From contig CM052817.1 in NCBI GenBank assembly GCA_028534125.1, positions 83,020,001-83,084,000 on the forward strand: a DNA stretch of 64,000 nucleotides, given 5' to 3'. A program made the position numbers and the translations under genes. The notes beneath the pieces were generated by a model. It made no database searches, was not told where the DNA came from, and worked only from the letters and a program-made list of their open reading frames with translations. Every line of letters begins with the position of its first letter. The stretch's first letter is position 1. Origin of the DNA: Lama glama (taxonomy: Eukaryota). Below are positions 41,670 to 56,599 of this stretch, piece by piece.

Positions 41670-43899
41670 CTTAAAAAGGATTATCCAGTGAACTTTGATA
41701 ACGCTAAGCTAACTTTCACATCATTATAACTAAGAGAAGCCAAATTCATTTGGGCACTTTAAAACTATAAAATAAATGAAAAAGTGTTTTTCAAGACCCA
41801 GTGGTGAGGATGAGGTACTGTCTAGTAGACAGGAGCACAACTAAAACTGGTAAGTAATAAGCAGCAGTGGTAATCCTAGTAAAAATGTTCTTAGATCACA
41901 GAGCCATGATAAACTTTACCAGACCAAGCCAAATGCCACTACTCACATCTATTTTCTGTTACCGCTTTCTTTAAATAAAACCAGTGTTACTATTGGTCAA
42001 AAGCCAACTCAGTGAAATAATCACTGAAAATCCAAAGTGGATACTACTTATAATTTTGCAAAAGAAGGAAAACTGATGCAACTATATTAAAAGTCATACA
42101 CATTTTTACCACCTTTTAAAAAATCAACTGTTCAAAAAACAAAGAAAAGAAGGAAGGAAGGAAGGAAGAAACAAAGGAAAGAAGGAAACAACTAACTATC
42201 AAATCTTTCTATAAAACATACATACACAGACACATTTTGAGTTTTATTCACAAAGGTCAGCTTCACAAGTGATCTTCTGCAGTGCCAAACACCTCTAAAC
42301 ATCAGCCTTCTTTGCTAAAAAACAGACAAATTAGCCAAAAACACTATCTTCAGCTTATTTTAAAGTGCATAGGTCTGATTAATATGTTTATACAGCATAT
42401 CAAGAAGCCTCTAGAATGTGAAAAAAATGAAAAAAATTGTTTTTTTCCTTTATTGGGGAAAAAGATGTGTCTACTTCTGCAATGTATGTATAATCTTCAT
42501 TTAGAAACAAGTAACAAAATTATATAAATAAACCAGCTGAATACTCTACAGGAATATTCCTCTTTTGGTCTATTTTTAATACTAAAAAATGTACTTTTAT
42601 TCTCTAGTTGACACTGAATATACATTCAGTCCCTAAACCAAAGATGAAATGTGTTAGTTGAAAATGTGTTTGTTGACAAGTTATGCGTTTTTGAAAACTG
42701 AGTTAATTAAACAGCATGTGACACTTCAGTGGGAAAATGAGAATTTTTCCTATATATAATGAACTTTGTAATGAAATATTTAATAATATATGATCTAAAA
42801 TAGTTTTTACTATATCACACACAATTACATGTTATTATTATTAACAGTCTAGAGCAGCATTTGCCGGACATACACCCAGCCTGTCTTCACAACCATGAGT
42901 AGATGTTCACTTAGACAGTCACTGTTTTTCATGAGGTACTTCACAAACTTGGGAGAATTTGACTACTGAACTCATAAATTATATTAACTATCTCCCACAA
43001 ATGGAAAGTAAAGAGTTTTCTTCAATTTGTTGCATCTAAGACAACTATCAGTACTCAGACGATTCTCTAGCCAAGTAATGGATACTTTCATATACTGCTC
43101 ATATTCAGATGTTTCTTAGGACCTAGATTTCCGGAATTTGACTCCAACATACTGATATTTTATCAAAGGTCATATGCAGGTCAAATAGCAACTAGATTGA
43201 TTATTTTTAAGCTATTTTTCCTATAAGAAGATAAATAGAGTACATAAACATCAAGTGGAAAAGTTTAGAGTTCCAGAAATTTTTAAGGAATAAAATATAG
43301 TATGCTAAGGTTAGACGAGTTATTAACACTAAGAAAACCCAGGCTGTTACATCAGCCTTTACTGTGACAGCAGAAGGCAATCTCACACTGACCAGGGACA
43401 TTGTTAATGGAAATACTAAATTACCAGCCCATAGTTCCAATATGTAAACGATTATCGTAAAGTCCACCTCTCCACAAGTCTCAATATTTCTGTTGCTATG
43501 ATCTAGAACAGTGTCAAGGAGTTAGTAGAAACTCAATAAATATTTGTTGAGTGAAAAAAAAAACAGAATAAATAAAATGAATAAAATTCTGACATCCATA
43601 TTTGAGAATAGCTAATATTTTAATTGCAAAACCTAGATATGAGGCAAGAATTTTATGGCCCTAGAAACCACTCTCCATGACATTGACATTGCCCCTGAAC
43701 ACAGCCTCTCCTACCATCATGTTTCTAGTAAACAGTTACTATCTCAGGAATGGAACATCCTGCCACTTCTACCCTGAAGTAGGTAGACAATGTTACAGAA
43801 ATTTTTCCTGGCCTCTGACTCTTGTTAGCCTTCTAGGAGAGAAGCCATGCCTCTGGGCTGTCTCCTCTCTCATTTAATATTCTCTATCATTCATTAAGC

Positions 43900-44100
43900 A
43901 GCTACCCAAACCAAGGACTGTTATAGCATGTTATAGACAGATATGGTCACCATTACCTTATCCAACAGAAGAAGCTGGCTTCAAAGTGATTGAGTAACAC
44001 TGTCCAAGGTCATAGAATTATTTGTAATAGTGGGAAAAGATTTCAAACTCACCTCTGTTTCATTTCAAAGCTAAGGTTTACCCTACTTATACCATGCTGC
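43900..44100 (-). mobile_element. MIR SINE
   Basis: gaagaagctggcttcaaagtgattgagtaacactgtccaaggtcatag...tttcaaactc. Confidence 0.6.
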
Positions 44101-44287
44101 ATTTTATTTATTTCCTAATTAAGTATATAAAGAGAGAAAAATATTTTGGCATCTAAAATACAGTACATGTGGAAATATGTCTGTATAGTCATACTGTCAA
44201 AAGACAAAGAAATGAAAAACAATTTTGAGTTATATTAGAAGTTATGTATTATAACTATACATATACATATACAAACACATATAAATA

Positions 44288-44658
44288 CTGTGATTGTCAC
44301 TACTTTGTGTCAACCTAACTAGACTACAGTCCTCAGTTGCTCAGTAAACACTAATCCAGGTCCTGTTACAAAGGTATTTGGCAGATGTGATTAAAGTCCA
44401 TAATAAATTGACTTTAAGTAAGGAGATTATCCTACATCCTCTGGGTAGGCCTGACTCAAGCAGCTGAGGATTCCACGAAGAGGAAGGTATTCCACTTATG
44501 GACTGCAGCTTCGACCGAACCAGAGTTCCAGCCTGCCTTTGCTGATGGCCTGCATTAAGGATTTCAGACTGGCCTAGTCAGACTACACATCATATAAGTC
44601 ACTTCTCTTAATACATTTCTCCTACTGGTTCTGTTTTCCTGGTTCAATCCTGACTAAT
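44288..44658 (+). mobile_element. ERVL LTR (MLT2-like)
   Basis: tgtgattgtcactactttgtgtcaacctaactaga...tgactttaagtaaggagattatcct...ctggttctgttttcctggttcaatcctgactaat. Confidence 0.8.

Positions 44659-44736
<78 letters not shown>
44659..44736. repeat. compound tetranucleotide microsatellite (GATA)n(GACA)n
   Basis: Directly visible. Confidence 0.97.
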
Positions 44737-44737
<1 letters not shown>

Positions 44738-44804
44738 TCTTCCCAAATATCTTAATTCTTAATCTTGCCTTTGTGGTAATTTACTGCAAATCACCAACAG
44801 CACT

Positions 44805-45220
44805 ATGGCAGAGACTAGCTAGCTGGTCACCAAACCCATTTCCTCTTCCTCCTGGACACACATACAGACAACATTTCCCAGCATCCTCTACAGTTAGGTG
44901 GAACCATGTGACTGAGTTTTGGCCAATGGAATGTGAATGGAAGTGATAAACACTATTTCCAGGCTTTGTCCATACAACCTAACATTTGCAAACCCCATGC
45001 TTTTTCTCCTTCTGTGGTAATTTTAGAAGTCAGATGTTGACGATTACTGAGCTGATAGAGGGAAAATGGAATACTAAATAATGTTTTCAGGAAAGCTGCC
45101 TGCCACTCAGAATTGCCTATTTGAGAATTTTCATTAGCAAAAATTAAACCTGAATTATGTTAAATTACTGAAATTGGTGCATTAGTGTTTTACATAAATT
45201 CTGGTACCTTAACTAGCACA
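44805..45220 (+). mobile_element. MaLR LTR (MLT1I/J-like)
   Basis: catttcccagcatcctctacagttaggtggaaccatgtgactgagttttggccaatggaatgtgaatggaagtga. Confidence 0.75.
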
Positions 45221-48200
45221 AGCACTTCCATTTTTCCCCATCATATAAATATTCCAGTTTATTACTAACAAAAGCTTGATACATGTATCACTATTGCATA
45301 CTTTTCTTGGCTGAACAGCATAGAGATAAATTCAATGACTTTCATCGTATTTCATTACTTAACAAAAATGTCAATAATTGCCAAGGAACCAAAAAATTCT
45401 GAAATGCAAAAGAGACCAGAAATTTTCAAATCATCTACATTATTGAAAAATATATTATTTTATTCCACAGAATAACTTCTAAAGCATTTTCAAATAAAAA
45501 GCTTATACCATAAAAAGCTAAGAAAAATAGAGCAACACATTTGAGATAATTTATAATATTAAATATGTCTGTTTGCTGTCCTTACACATTTCAGCTTAAT
45601 AAAACAAGATCGATTGTGCCTCAAAAGGGATTAGAGATTTGGTAGTGGTAAAAAAAAAAAAAGTAATACATTATGTGAAATGTTAATGAAAAAAATGCAC
45701 TTCTCAAAGAATTTAAAGCTGTTTATATATCTGACTTCCCCTGTATGTGTATTCTGACAATGGCAATGCTATTTTTGCTGTGGTCCTGCCACCTTGTGTT
45801 CTCTTCCTAAGCACACACATAATTTTGCTTTTTTTTTTTTTTTCAGTACGAGACATGTTATGAGAGCTCATGTGTCAAGGATTTCAGATATTTTGCTTTA
45901 ATAAAAATAAAACTCAAAAGCACCTCTTGCCTTTGGCTGCATCTCTGTATGTACAAAGAAGTGGAAATTTAATGCAAGTGTCAAGACCCACATAATCCTC
46001 TTATTGAAGGGGAAAAAATTAGAGATGAAATGATCCAGATTTGCTGCATATATTGGGCACTTTTTTTGATAATTCTTCTACTCTCTACTTTTACTGGCTC
46101 CCATTGTTTTACTGTGTAGTCTTTATAAAGTGCCTAGAAACTCTGGAGATAAGTTAACTCAGCACTCTTAAGATCTCTGACTCCAGACAATGTACTTTGG
46201 TGGAAAGCCAGGTTTTAAGTCCTTAGGGGAGGCTTTAGGGATAAAATGATAGAAGAGGAGACAGAAAAAAGACGGTTATAATCACTCATACAGAAAAGAG
46301 AGAGAGAGATGAGCAGGAACAGTGGCTCTGACAAACAAAGGTAGATTCAATCAAACATGTTCATAATCATGATGAGCGAAAATGAGCTCAGTTAGAGAGA
46401 ATACAATTGGTCCTACAGAAAAGTGTTGATTTGAAGAAAACACTCAACATACATCATTCTTAATAAACAGTATATTGAAAAAATGATAAAAAGAAGAGAA
46501 TTCCGTCAGGCAAAGTTTTATAACTACCTGCTAGAGACAAATCTCAAAAATTTATGGTAGCTATAAAAAAGATCAATTGATTTTTAAATCTATAATTGAT
46601 TTTGGAAGATTCAGTGTTGGCTCATCTAAAACATATCCCAATAATTCTCTGCAACCTAACTATAAACCTTGATAGCAAATGCAAATACTCATCCGTCACG
46701 TACAATTTAATCTCAATAAAATAAACATATTATTAACTCGGAAAAACAATCTCTACAATAGAATCTGCAAACTAGCTAAATGCCAAATGTAGATTTAAAA
46801 CATATTTTTGTACCTTGTTGGTAAATCAGAGTAAATATGTTTCTCATGATCCATCAGTATTTAATTAACATATGATAACTGTCCTATTAAACCTAAATTA
46901 AATCCTTATTGGAAAGACAGTTTAAAATGCAACTGCAGCTTCTTTTTATGTAAATTATAACTATTCACAAAGACCAAAGACAAATCTCAAATGCAAACTA
47001 TCTGAAGCGATTATATAGTTTGATTTAGGAGAATGGAAACTTGTAAGCCAAAAGAAAGCAAAACTTGGATGGAGAGGGGCTGACATGCCTCAATTATTTA
47101 TTTCCTTTAAAAATTTTTCTCCTTTTATTTTACACTTCTGCTATCAATTCAACTGTATTCATTCAGATACCCAAATAGAATTTGGGATCTAAAATTGTTT
47201 ATATGCCTTCCTCCTGCCTAACAACCCAACTGCTTTTGACTGCCTCCCAAAAAACGTGCCATTTTTCCTTCTGTTTATTTCTCCAGTGTATCAGCATTCA
47301 TCTGTTTGAGTCTGCTTTAATGGAAGTCTTTCAGTATGCCATGCAACGTTTTGCTGGGAGAAGGAAGGTTTGCGACTGACAGTCATGTGTAGTAGACCAA
47401 GGCTGGGAGTTTGCAGGGAGAACCAAACATTAGGACCGTCTCTTGTCTGGGAGCTCTGAGAATGTTTATAGTAAATTCTGTGTTAGGAAATGTCTGCAGG
47501 AAGGAAAGTCCCCAATAAAGTTTATTTGGAATTAGCTGTAACCTCCCTGTTTGAGGATATTGCACGATTTGAGGATGACATCAGGTGGGAATAAAAGACA
47601 GAAATAAGACCAAGAATGTGTTTTACTTTCTTTTTAGGCAGCCAAGAATAACTTGCTTTGCATGATCATGGAATCGCTTCAGTGAAATGTTTAAATCTCA
47701 GGATTTTATGCATAATAAACCCCAGGAGTATTTAAGCCCTGAACAATCTCCTTTTCTTAATCCAACTACATAAATCACTACTCTACAAAGCACAGATTAT
47801 GTGTACCTGAAAAATATGTTCAAACAAGTATTAACAGGTATGATATATTACATATCATTTCTTCTTTTGAATGGACTTGATAAGAGTAAGGTGGGTACTA
47901 GAAACCCTCATATAATATCAGAACCCTATCACCAATAGCATCCTGTACCACTGAAACAAATAAGCAGAACTGAATGCTTATTAGCACAGTACATCTTCTT
48001 TGATATTGTCATTGGAAATGGCTTTAAATCAATAAAATGACCAAAAAAAATAGGAATTAACAAACTATTTCAAAACTAATTAATTCATTGTTTATAAAGC
48101 CATCCCTCAGCAGAGAATGGAAAAAAATTATTTGATCAGCGCAATGTGACCCAGGTGGTTAAGATGTTCTTACAACAGTAACATTTATATTTCTGCATTC

Positions 48201-51200
48201 TCATTACCCAAAGGATCTCATCAGGTCTACTGAAGAAAGGTACCAGGCCAATATATACTATGAGACTTAGAATTCAAAAAACACTTCAGTGGAAGCCAAT
48301 TTTTACCTTTCAGACAACTAAACCTGAGTAAGCTGATCTATCCGCAGATTTCTTGCCATAATTTAGCCCAAGCCCACTATACACAGAACATAATGATAGT
48401 AGAATACCTCATGCCTCCTTCTTGAGAAGGCACTGCTTAGAAGAAAGTTACACCTTATTCATCCACTCAAACACTGAGTTTCAGAAAAATGGGATAAATG
48501 AGACCAAGGACAGGAAAAGTCATAAAATTCTCAAACACAGTGGGTCAGTCATAAGGAACCACACAAAAATCCCTTGGCCACCTAAGAGACTGCAAGAGAA
48601 CTCTGATTGTGTGATATGAAGAAATATTGAAAGCACAAAGGAAACTATGGGAAGGACAAAGGTGGCCCCCCCAAAAGCTCCCTCGCTCCTACTTTGGGCT
48701 ATGCCCATCTTATTCCGGATCAGTCTAGTTTTAGGTTATTTCCTACCTCTTCCATTACTCTTTAAATTGTTTTTTCCAATCTTGCCCTGTCTCTTTTATA
48801 AAGATGAAGGAGGAAATAGATGTCAAAGTATTTTTAGCTGTTTAAGATAAAGACTCAATAAAGAGTATTAATTTTGGTGTTGCTATCATAATTCTACTGA
48901 TTCTTTTAATATTATCGTGAATGTACTCATCTAATTTTAGATCACACAGAAAAATATGTCATGAGTTGGATAGCTTCTTCCTGTTCAAGTCAATCTTTCT
49001 AACTTTCAAAATCAATGTAAGTCTTTCATAAGGTCACATCTTTAAATCAGCCATGATATCCTGGCTGGAAAGTCCAGACTAAGCCTAATTTCTGTTTCCT
49101 TTTTTAAAATATTAGAATGCCAATTTATTAATAAAAATACAACTGTTAGATACTCCAGTTAACCTAACTACTGCATTCTTTCTCCTTGTAGTTCTGAGAC
49201 TAAACCTGATTTCTGGAGCTCATTCCATGCTTTTGCTCCTGAAGGTGTGACCCATAAATAATTCTTCTCTCTGATTACAGTTTAACACAAAGATTTCCAG
49301 CCCTACTCTATGTATGGGAATCATCCTACTTCCCCGAGCAGATACATGTGTTTGTAGCCCCATTGTTCCCATAACCATAGGCTAGAGAAACACAGAAATG
49401 CAAGAAAAACTTCAATCCAGCTGACTACACATGTGCCAAACTGAACTCCAAGACAGTCCAACCTGCCATTCATACAGCCCCAACTGCTCACCCCGCCTGT
49501 TCTTGGAGAGAATCTCCACTTGGTAGGGAGCCCTTCCCACTCCCCTCACACCCACCCAAACTAGCACAGACTTCACAGAGCGATACTTAAAAGATTCACT
49601 TCAGTCCTTAGATCACTTCCGTATCTAAAATGCCCTCCCACCCAATCCACAAAACAAAAAACTTACAGTAAGAAATAGAAAAAAGAATTAAACTATACTC
49701 ATCCACTTTACTGTAAGTCTGTTTCTGAGAATACATGGGGGCCTAGAGTAGAACATTCATGCCGTTAATCATTCCTCAAGCACATTCACAACTTCCCTTT
49801 TACTCTTTCTGCAGTTTACAGGCTTGATTTCTTAAGCATGGCATTAGGAAACCTTTACAACTAAAAGCCAATTTCTTTAAAAGCTATATGATCCATCCAT
49901 AAAATTTTTATTGCCCCCTAAAGAGTAGCCATGGTAACTCCCAATAAGGACAGAGACCAACCTCATTTCTGGGGTGTGGTGGTGGTGGTGCTTCTCTTAA
50001 TTACTTTTTATCAAGTTGAGATGTTTGTTGTTGTTTTTAGATGAAGAGTCTGAACTATATGCTTGCAGACAAAAATCTTGATTCTTTATCCACTAGATAC
50101 AGCCAGACAGATATAAAAAAGTGGAGATATTCTAAGCTAAAGAGACATTAAAGCTTTCTTTCTTTTCATTTTTAAGGAAGATGAGAAATGGTCAGGGTCT
50201 GAGGATTATAAGAAAAGAAGAAAAAATAAGAGGATAAAATGAAACGGAAGACAGAACTGGAGCTATTTTGGAAAGAAATGTTAACAGACCTCACACAAAA
50301 GTGATAAAATAGTTTAAAAAAAAAAGGCATTTCTCCCATTCTCATCCATTCAAGTATTCCATGTAGTTAAAAATTACTGATCATTATAACCAAAATATAG
50401 CAAGGTCTGAAATACAGTCTATTAGATCACTGAATGAGGCAGATGGAATTCTACTCTCAATACAACATATTTTCAAATCATCACCTAACACCCTAATAAC
50501 CCACAGCCCTTTTTGGTAGCCAAAAAAGACCAGTCATAGAATAGAGACATTATATCTTGACGGAAGAAATTCTACACACTTCAAAAGCAAATTCAACAAC
50601 TTATATTAAGTTTGATTGCTCCTCTAGCTTACAACATGAGCCCAGCAAATTAATTCTCCTTAAAAACAAGAAACTCTTTTACAAGATAACACCCAAGAGT
50701 GTCCTATCATTTGATTTTAAAATAACTTTTTTTTTCTATTATTTGAACAATATATAAGAAGAAAGAATTCAACGGGATGGAAAGACATTTAACTTGTCCA
50801 TTCACACTACAGGGAAGATTTTTTGGCCTCCTCATGATTCTATGCCAGTGGTACCAGAGAATGGGGAATACAAGGAGAGAATCCCATCAGACCAAGAGAT
50901 TTCTAGCTAAACACCAGCTACATTATACTCATCCAAAAATATGAAGGTGGGAAATCATTTTAATCATTATGTCACTGGAACCTACCCAAATGCCTGGAAT
51001 TGGTTAGCTGCTCAACAAATGTGGGAGAAAGAAAATAAAGAAAGGAGAAGGAGAGAGGAAGAAATGGACAGGAGGGTAAAAAATGGAATGATTTGACCCA
51101 ATGAAGAATTCAGCAACTCATTTATTTCAAGCTGATTAGAACATGAACACACTAGAGACTAAAAGTAATTGACAGAATAAAGTACTTTGCTCTTTGTTTT

Positions 51201-54200
51201 CATATCTGCTCATATAAAACTGCACTCTACTTTCTTCTTTACATCTTGGTCATTAGCCACTGAATGGACATTAATTGTTCTAAAAAATAAAACTTGTGTA
51301 ATTAAATTTTGTCTGTGGCAGATCCTTAGTGTGGGAATTTCAGTCTACCATTTTCTCATGTGAGTTCTTTTTATAGTATCACAAAAGTCAGGCTATATTA
51401 TTTGAGTGTAGTTTCTATTCGTTAGGATAACTGAATTTTTTATTCTGTAATTATGACTTCTACACGTGTCCAAACCAAGGAAGTACTGTGCATGCAGCAG
51501 CACCTAGAAGTTGCAAGAAGTTGCGTAGTAAGTTCACAGTTTATTATAATTCTGTTCTGCCTTCTTTGTGTGTTGAACTAAAAACAGATTCTGGTATTTA
51601 AAATGTAGGTTCTTTCCTTTCTCACCAAATCTTATTATTCGCTCACCTGAATAATTGAATAAGTATGAAAGAACAGTTTACATTGATAAAATACCAACCT
51701 TCCAACTATTAGACTTCTTTAGAACCCCAGAGATAAATTCAAATTTTATTTTCAGGAAATCAATCCAATAGGTTTTAGATTTCCTCCTACTCATTGTTCT
51801 TACTACAACCATATCCAAATTCAAACAGATTCTTTGATTTCTCATTCCCTACTTCTTCACAAAAGACAATTCTCCTTTTGTGAGACTGACCAGCAATAGC
51901 AAATCACCAAGTCACTTTCCCACAGTCACTTGGAGCTCCTTGCTTTTCACTGACAGACTAATTAACATGAGCCAGTATGTTACGTGCATCGTATTTAATG
52001 ATGATACTTTGGCCTATCCAGTCTTCTTTCAGGTTAACACTGAACCGTATTCCATAATTGGAATCTATTCTTTTAGAGAGAACTTCATCCAGAGCAGTTT
52101 GACACAATGAGAAAAACTCACTCTCCTAATCCTAAAGGCACTAGTAAAATGTGAGGATCAATATGTCTCATCCTTCAATAAGTATCAGTCAATGCGGAAG
52201 ACCACATGTACACTGCACATTTTTATTCAACTCTTATACTTATCAAATGAGGCCCTTATTATCTGAATAACCAGGGCCTTGCATTTCCTTACATTTTTGG
52301 GTGCTATCAACTACTGAATTCATGCCAAGTTTCCCTCTTGTTCATGACTGCAATACAGGCAAAGCAGCAACCACATTTGTTCTGTTTTATCGTAGACAGT
52401 AGTCTAACCAAAAAAAAAAAATAATAATAATAATGGAATATATCTGTTTCCTGTTTCACAAAGCTGGCATTTTGCTTCTGGCTCTCTTCACTGCATTAAC
52501 GCCTGTCTCAATTAGGTGGTGAGAGGAGAGAGGAAAATGCACAAGCTGTGCTCTGGCATTTCAACAGCAGTGACTCCAGTCAATTCCAGCAGAGCATCTT
52601 GCCTCCTGATTTAATCCCTCTTGTCAGCTGCTCATCATAAACTGCACAAGTATGTTGCGTATACTTTACAATTCTCAGTTCTGCCATGGGAAAGAGAATG
52701 TGTCTACTAATGTATAATGCAAGAGCAGAGCTGGAGCCATAGGAAAGCAGTCTGCATACCTTCAAAAGTTTATTTGAAATCAGATGATGTATGTTCACTC
52801 TAATTGCCAAAATCTAATAACTGATCAATTACATATGCATACACATACAAATGTATATATAGATATATGGAGAGAGAGGAAGAAAATGAGAGAGAAATAA
52901 AGAGGGAGAAAAAGAGAGAGAAAGAAGGAAAGGGTGAGAGAGAAGAAAAAAGGTCAGTCATTTTTAAGTTTACTTAATGATAACTAAGTTTAACAAAACG
53001 AGAACAAGAGACTCACAAACCCCACACTTAGGATTCCCCGCTGTATCTGAGAAAAATCAATCTTGCCTGAGTAAATATAACCCAGTACTACAGCGCGAAG
53101 TGTGAAGAATGGCATTCCTTTCCCTCCATGAAACCATTTCTCCATCAGAGTAGCAATGAGACGAAAGGCTTGAGATAATTGCCCTAACGTTTAATCTGAT
53201 CTCTGTTTTGAGTCTACTACTCATCTTTCTGTTATCCAAATTAAAAGTTGACAGAAACCTAAGATTCCTTGCATAAACACACTGAGGGCCTCCCTTCCTG
53301 CCATTTAATCTCCATTCTCACCTTCTGCATCTCTGCCCTTTATCTCTAACTTTTATCATGAGTTTTAACCCATTGTTCTTTCACCTCCCGTTTAAACAGT
53401 TCTTTCCCCTCCCACTAAAACTTCTATTTCATTGCATTTTCCTCCCCCATTTTCATTTTTCTCTGCATTTCTACTCATAATAACGAAAAAACTATTAGAT
53501 CATGGTGTTCTGCCTTAGGAGACCTAGCTTTGTTGTCATTCTTAATACACTTACTTAAGTGTTATACGAGCATTTATATCAGAGAGTTACTTCTTAACTC
53601 TGTAGTATAAGTCATTTGCAAAAATAGATTCTTTATGAAATAAAATTCAAATGTAATTAACCTCATGTCTTTCAGCCATGAAGACCAAAATTCGAAAGCA
53701 AGAAAAATTTCACGTAGTAATGAGAAAAGACACCCTTCTTAGCAAAGCCCACCATTCAGCACATGAGGCAATGGAAGCAAAGATGTTTTGCATATTGCAA
53801 CTCCAGGCATTTTCATGTGCCTTAGTGGAAATGAAGTATTTTGGATATAAACACTGAGGATATGAGGTAATCTTTCTCATCTAGAAGCCAACAATTCAAT
53901 GAGGAGAGAAAATACACAATACAAATACAGACAATAATTGTGAAAAAAGACTTAGAATAAGAGACTACAGAATGGAGAGAAAATAAATCCTGCACTGTCA
54001 ATGTACTGATAAGTATAAGAAATAATAAGAAAATATACCAAATCTCCCAGCATCTTCCACCAAGAAGAAGATATCAGGCAGAACTGGAGCCCCAGCAAAC
54101 CCAGAAAATGAGAAACTACATAAATATTCTCCTTGTTTGAAGCTCAGTTAAGCACTGAGGTGGGTACGGGCTTATTCATTAATTCCACAGGTGCCTACCA

Positions 54201-55119
54201 TGCAGCAGGCACTGTCCTAGGAAGAGGGAGCTTACACAGCACCTATCCTCAAATTGTTTTCAGACTGTTAGGGGAGATGAACACCTGAAGAGACGAATAT
54301 AACCTAAATGCTCAGTTAGATATATGCAGAGACTGTGTGGGAGAATGTAAGAAGGTCCCCTAAACCTCCATGAAGTTTAGGGAGTTATTCTCTGAAGAGG
54401 AAGAGAAAGAACATGGAGGGACAGCATGGCCAAACCAAAGACGTTCCAAAAGATCTGGGGCATTAGAACAGTTATGAATTGATGTCCAAAGTGCCATCCC
54501 TTTTGCCTGCCTTCTCTCTCCTCTCTTCTCCTCTCCCCTACTTCCCTCTCTCTCTCTCCCCTCAACCTCCATACCCCACTCTCCCTTTCCCTCTGTCAGC
54601 TCATTTGATTCTCTTCAGGATTACCAAGCACCAAAGTAAGTGGCAAGGATCCCAGCATTGGCCTTAACTCTGTCCTCTGGTGGTACTCAAGCATATCTTG
54701 GCAAGTACGACGGATTGGTGGGGACATCTTCCTGGAGATTGTTTATGTGATAGTTTTGGAATGAGTACAGGAAAACTTGGGAAAAGACAAAATTTTGTGC
54801 GTCACGGACATTGGTTACCTCACCAAGTCTCGTGGACACCTATCTGAGCCCAAGGGAGGGAAAACTTGTAAGCCAAAATTCAAGGAGCATTTTCCAGAAA
54901 ACCCTGACACTCAGAAGCACACAAGAAGTACCACTCTGGTGCCCAGCTGACAAACAGAAGGCACTTCAACTCCTCAGGAACAAGGATCTTAACAGACACG
55001 TATCTTACAACTTCTTCAAAAAAGAAGAAAGAACATTTTTAACGGGTTATTTATATTATCATAGTCTGAGAGAATTTTGCCACCTAATGGACTTTCTTTC
55101 CTGTGACATTTCTACTGGG

Positions 55120-55317
55120 AAGCTTTCTCGGCCTCTGTTTGGACCAGGTAATTCTTTGTTGTGGGGGCTGGGCTATGCACTGTAGGATACCACTAAACAT
55201 TCTACAAAGGCAGCCCCCACTAAGATGCCAGCAGCACCTAGTTGTGACAATCAAAAATGTCTCCAGACATCGCCAAATGCCTCTGGAGGGCAAAATCACC
55301 CTATTTGAGAATCACTG
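55120..55317 (-). mobile_element. hAT-Charlie MER20 with an internal inverted segment
   Basis: gttgtgacaatcaaaaatgtctccagacatcgccaaatg...gcaaaatcaccctatttgagaatcactg. Confidence 0.9.
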
Positions 55318-56599
55318 TTCTACAGTAACGTGTAGTCATTGGGTACTTTGATGTCTGTTGTCCTATGTCACTAATTTTTCCACGTGTCTGTCTCTCTAGC
55401 TACCAGTGATGATCACATAGTAGGCACTCAATAAATACTCATTGATTGAAATGAACAAAGCTTCAAAGCAATACATGTTTTTCCTTTCCCTAAATTCTTT
55501 AAAGTTGAGGCAACCACATGCTTTCCCATGTGGACCTCCCTCTGTGAGCAAACAGAACAAGCCAAAAAACCAAAGGCAGAATTTGGCCCCAAGAAAGAAA
55601 ATGTGTGGAATGGAGTTATTTATTAAGAACAATCCAATCTGAGAAACATCTTTAAAGATAATTTATCTTCCCTTCAGTTGCATCCATTTTCCTCCAGAGA
55701 AGCTTTAAAACTGTGTATAAATGTTTGTAAACTTTTGCTTTCTCCATGGTTACAAACTATGAGAGCCTATTTATTTATACTGAGAGGTCAAGACTGAGGC
55801 TATTACCGACCAGAGACACTCTAAGATAATGGTACTCTACTGATATTATTTGGGGCAAATATTTGTCAAAAATATAAATTGAAGCTCCTTTAAATGAATC
55901 AGACCTTGTATTTCCTTCCTACAGGTCTAAAATCTTAAAAATGTCTGAAAGGAGGAGAAAAACCACAGGCACAATAACTATGACAATACGAAGCTGGGCA
56001 GAATAGGAAGTGAATCATGGGCAGAAAGGAATACAAACATCAGGGAATGAGACACTCTGAATGGTATGCCGCGTAGGGGAAGAAAAGTCAAGCTTTGAAA
56101 CTTTGTACTCTACAAATCAAGGTCTGACAAACGGCACAACAAAGGAGGCTGGTATTATGTCCCCTGACTAAGTCTATTGCCCAAATGTTTTGCATTTGAA
56201 GGTCTTCAGGCATTTATGAGAAGTTGAATGAACTTTCGTGGTCGGCACAGAAATGTCGGTGTCTTGAGGCCAGAATGCTTTCAACCTCATCATTTCCTAA
56301 CTTGAAGACAGGAAACTGGAAAAGCTTCATGAAGTGTAATGGAGACAGATTTCATGTTTAAATGTAACAGTATGTTTCTCAAAATATTTAAACGAGCTAG
56401 GGAATAAATCTTTTAACTAGAAAGTTAATAAACCAAATGCATGTGTTTTATCCATCTCAGAATCTAGTATAATATTTTCCTTAAATACTTTGTGTAAAAG
56501 GGGAGGAAACCCCCCCAAAAGAGAATTTTCTCTTTTTTCCTTTTCACTCACACAAGGTCAAAGTTTCCAGAGAGAGACAGAGAAGACAGGGGACCTCAC

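Noticed and set aside
54818..54842. Possible 21-25 nt minus-strand micro-exon (also about 33405-33430)
   Set aside because: Splice-like dinucleotides only, with no independent support.
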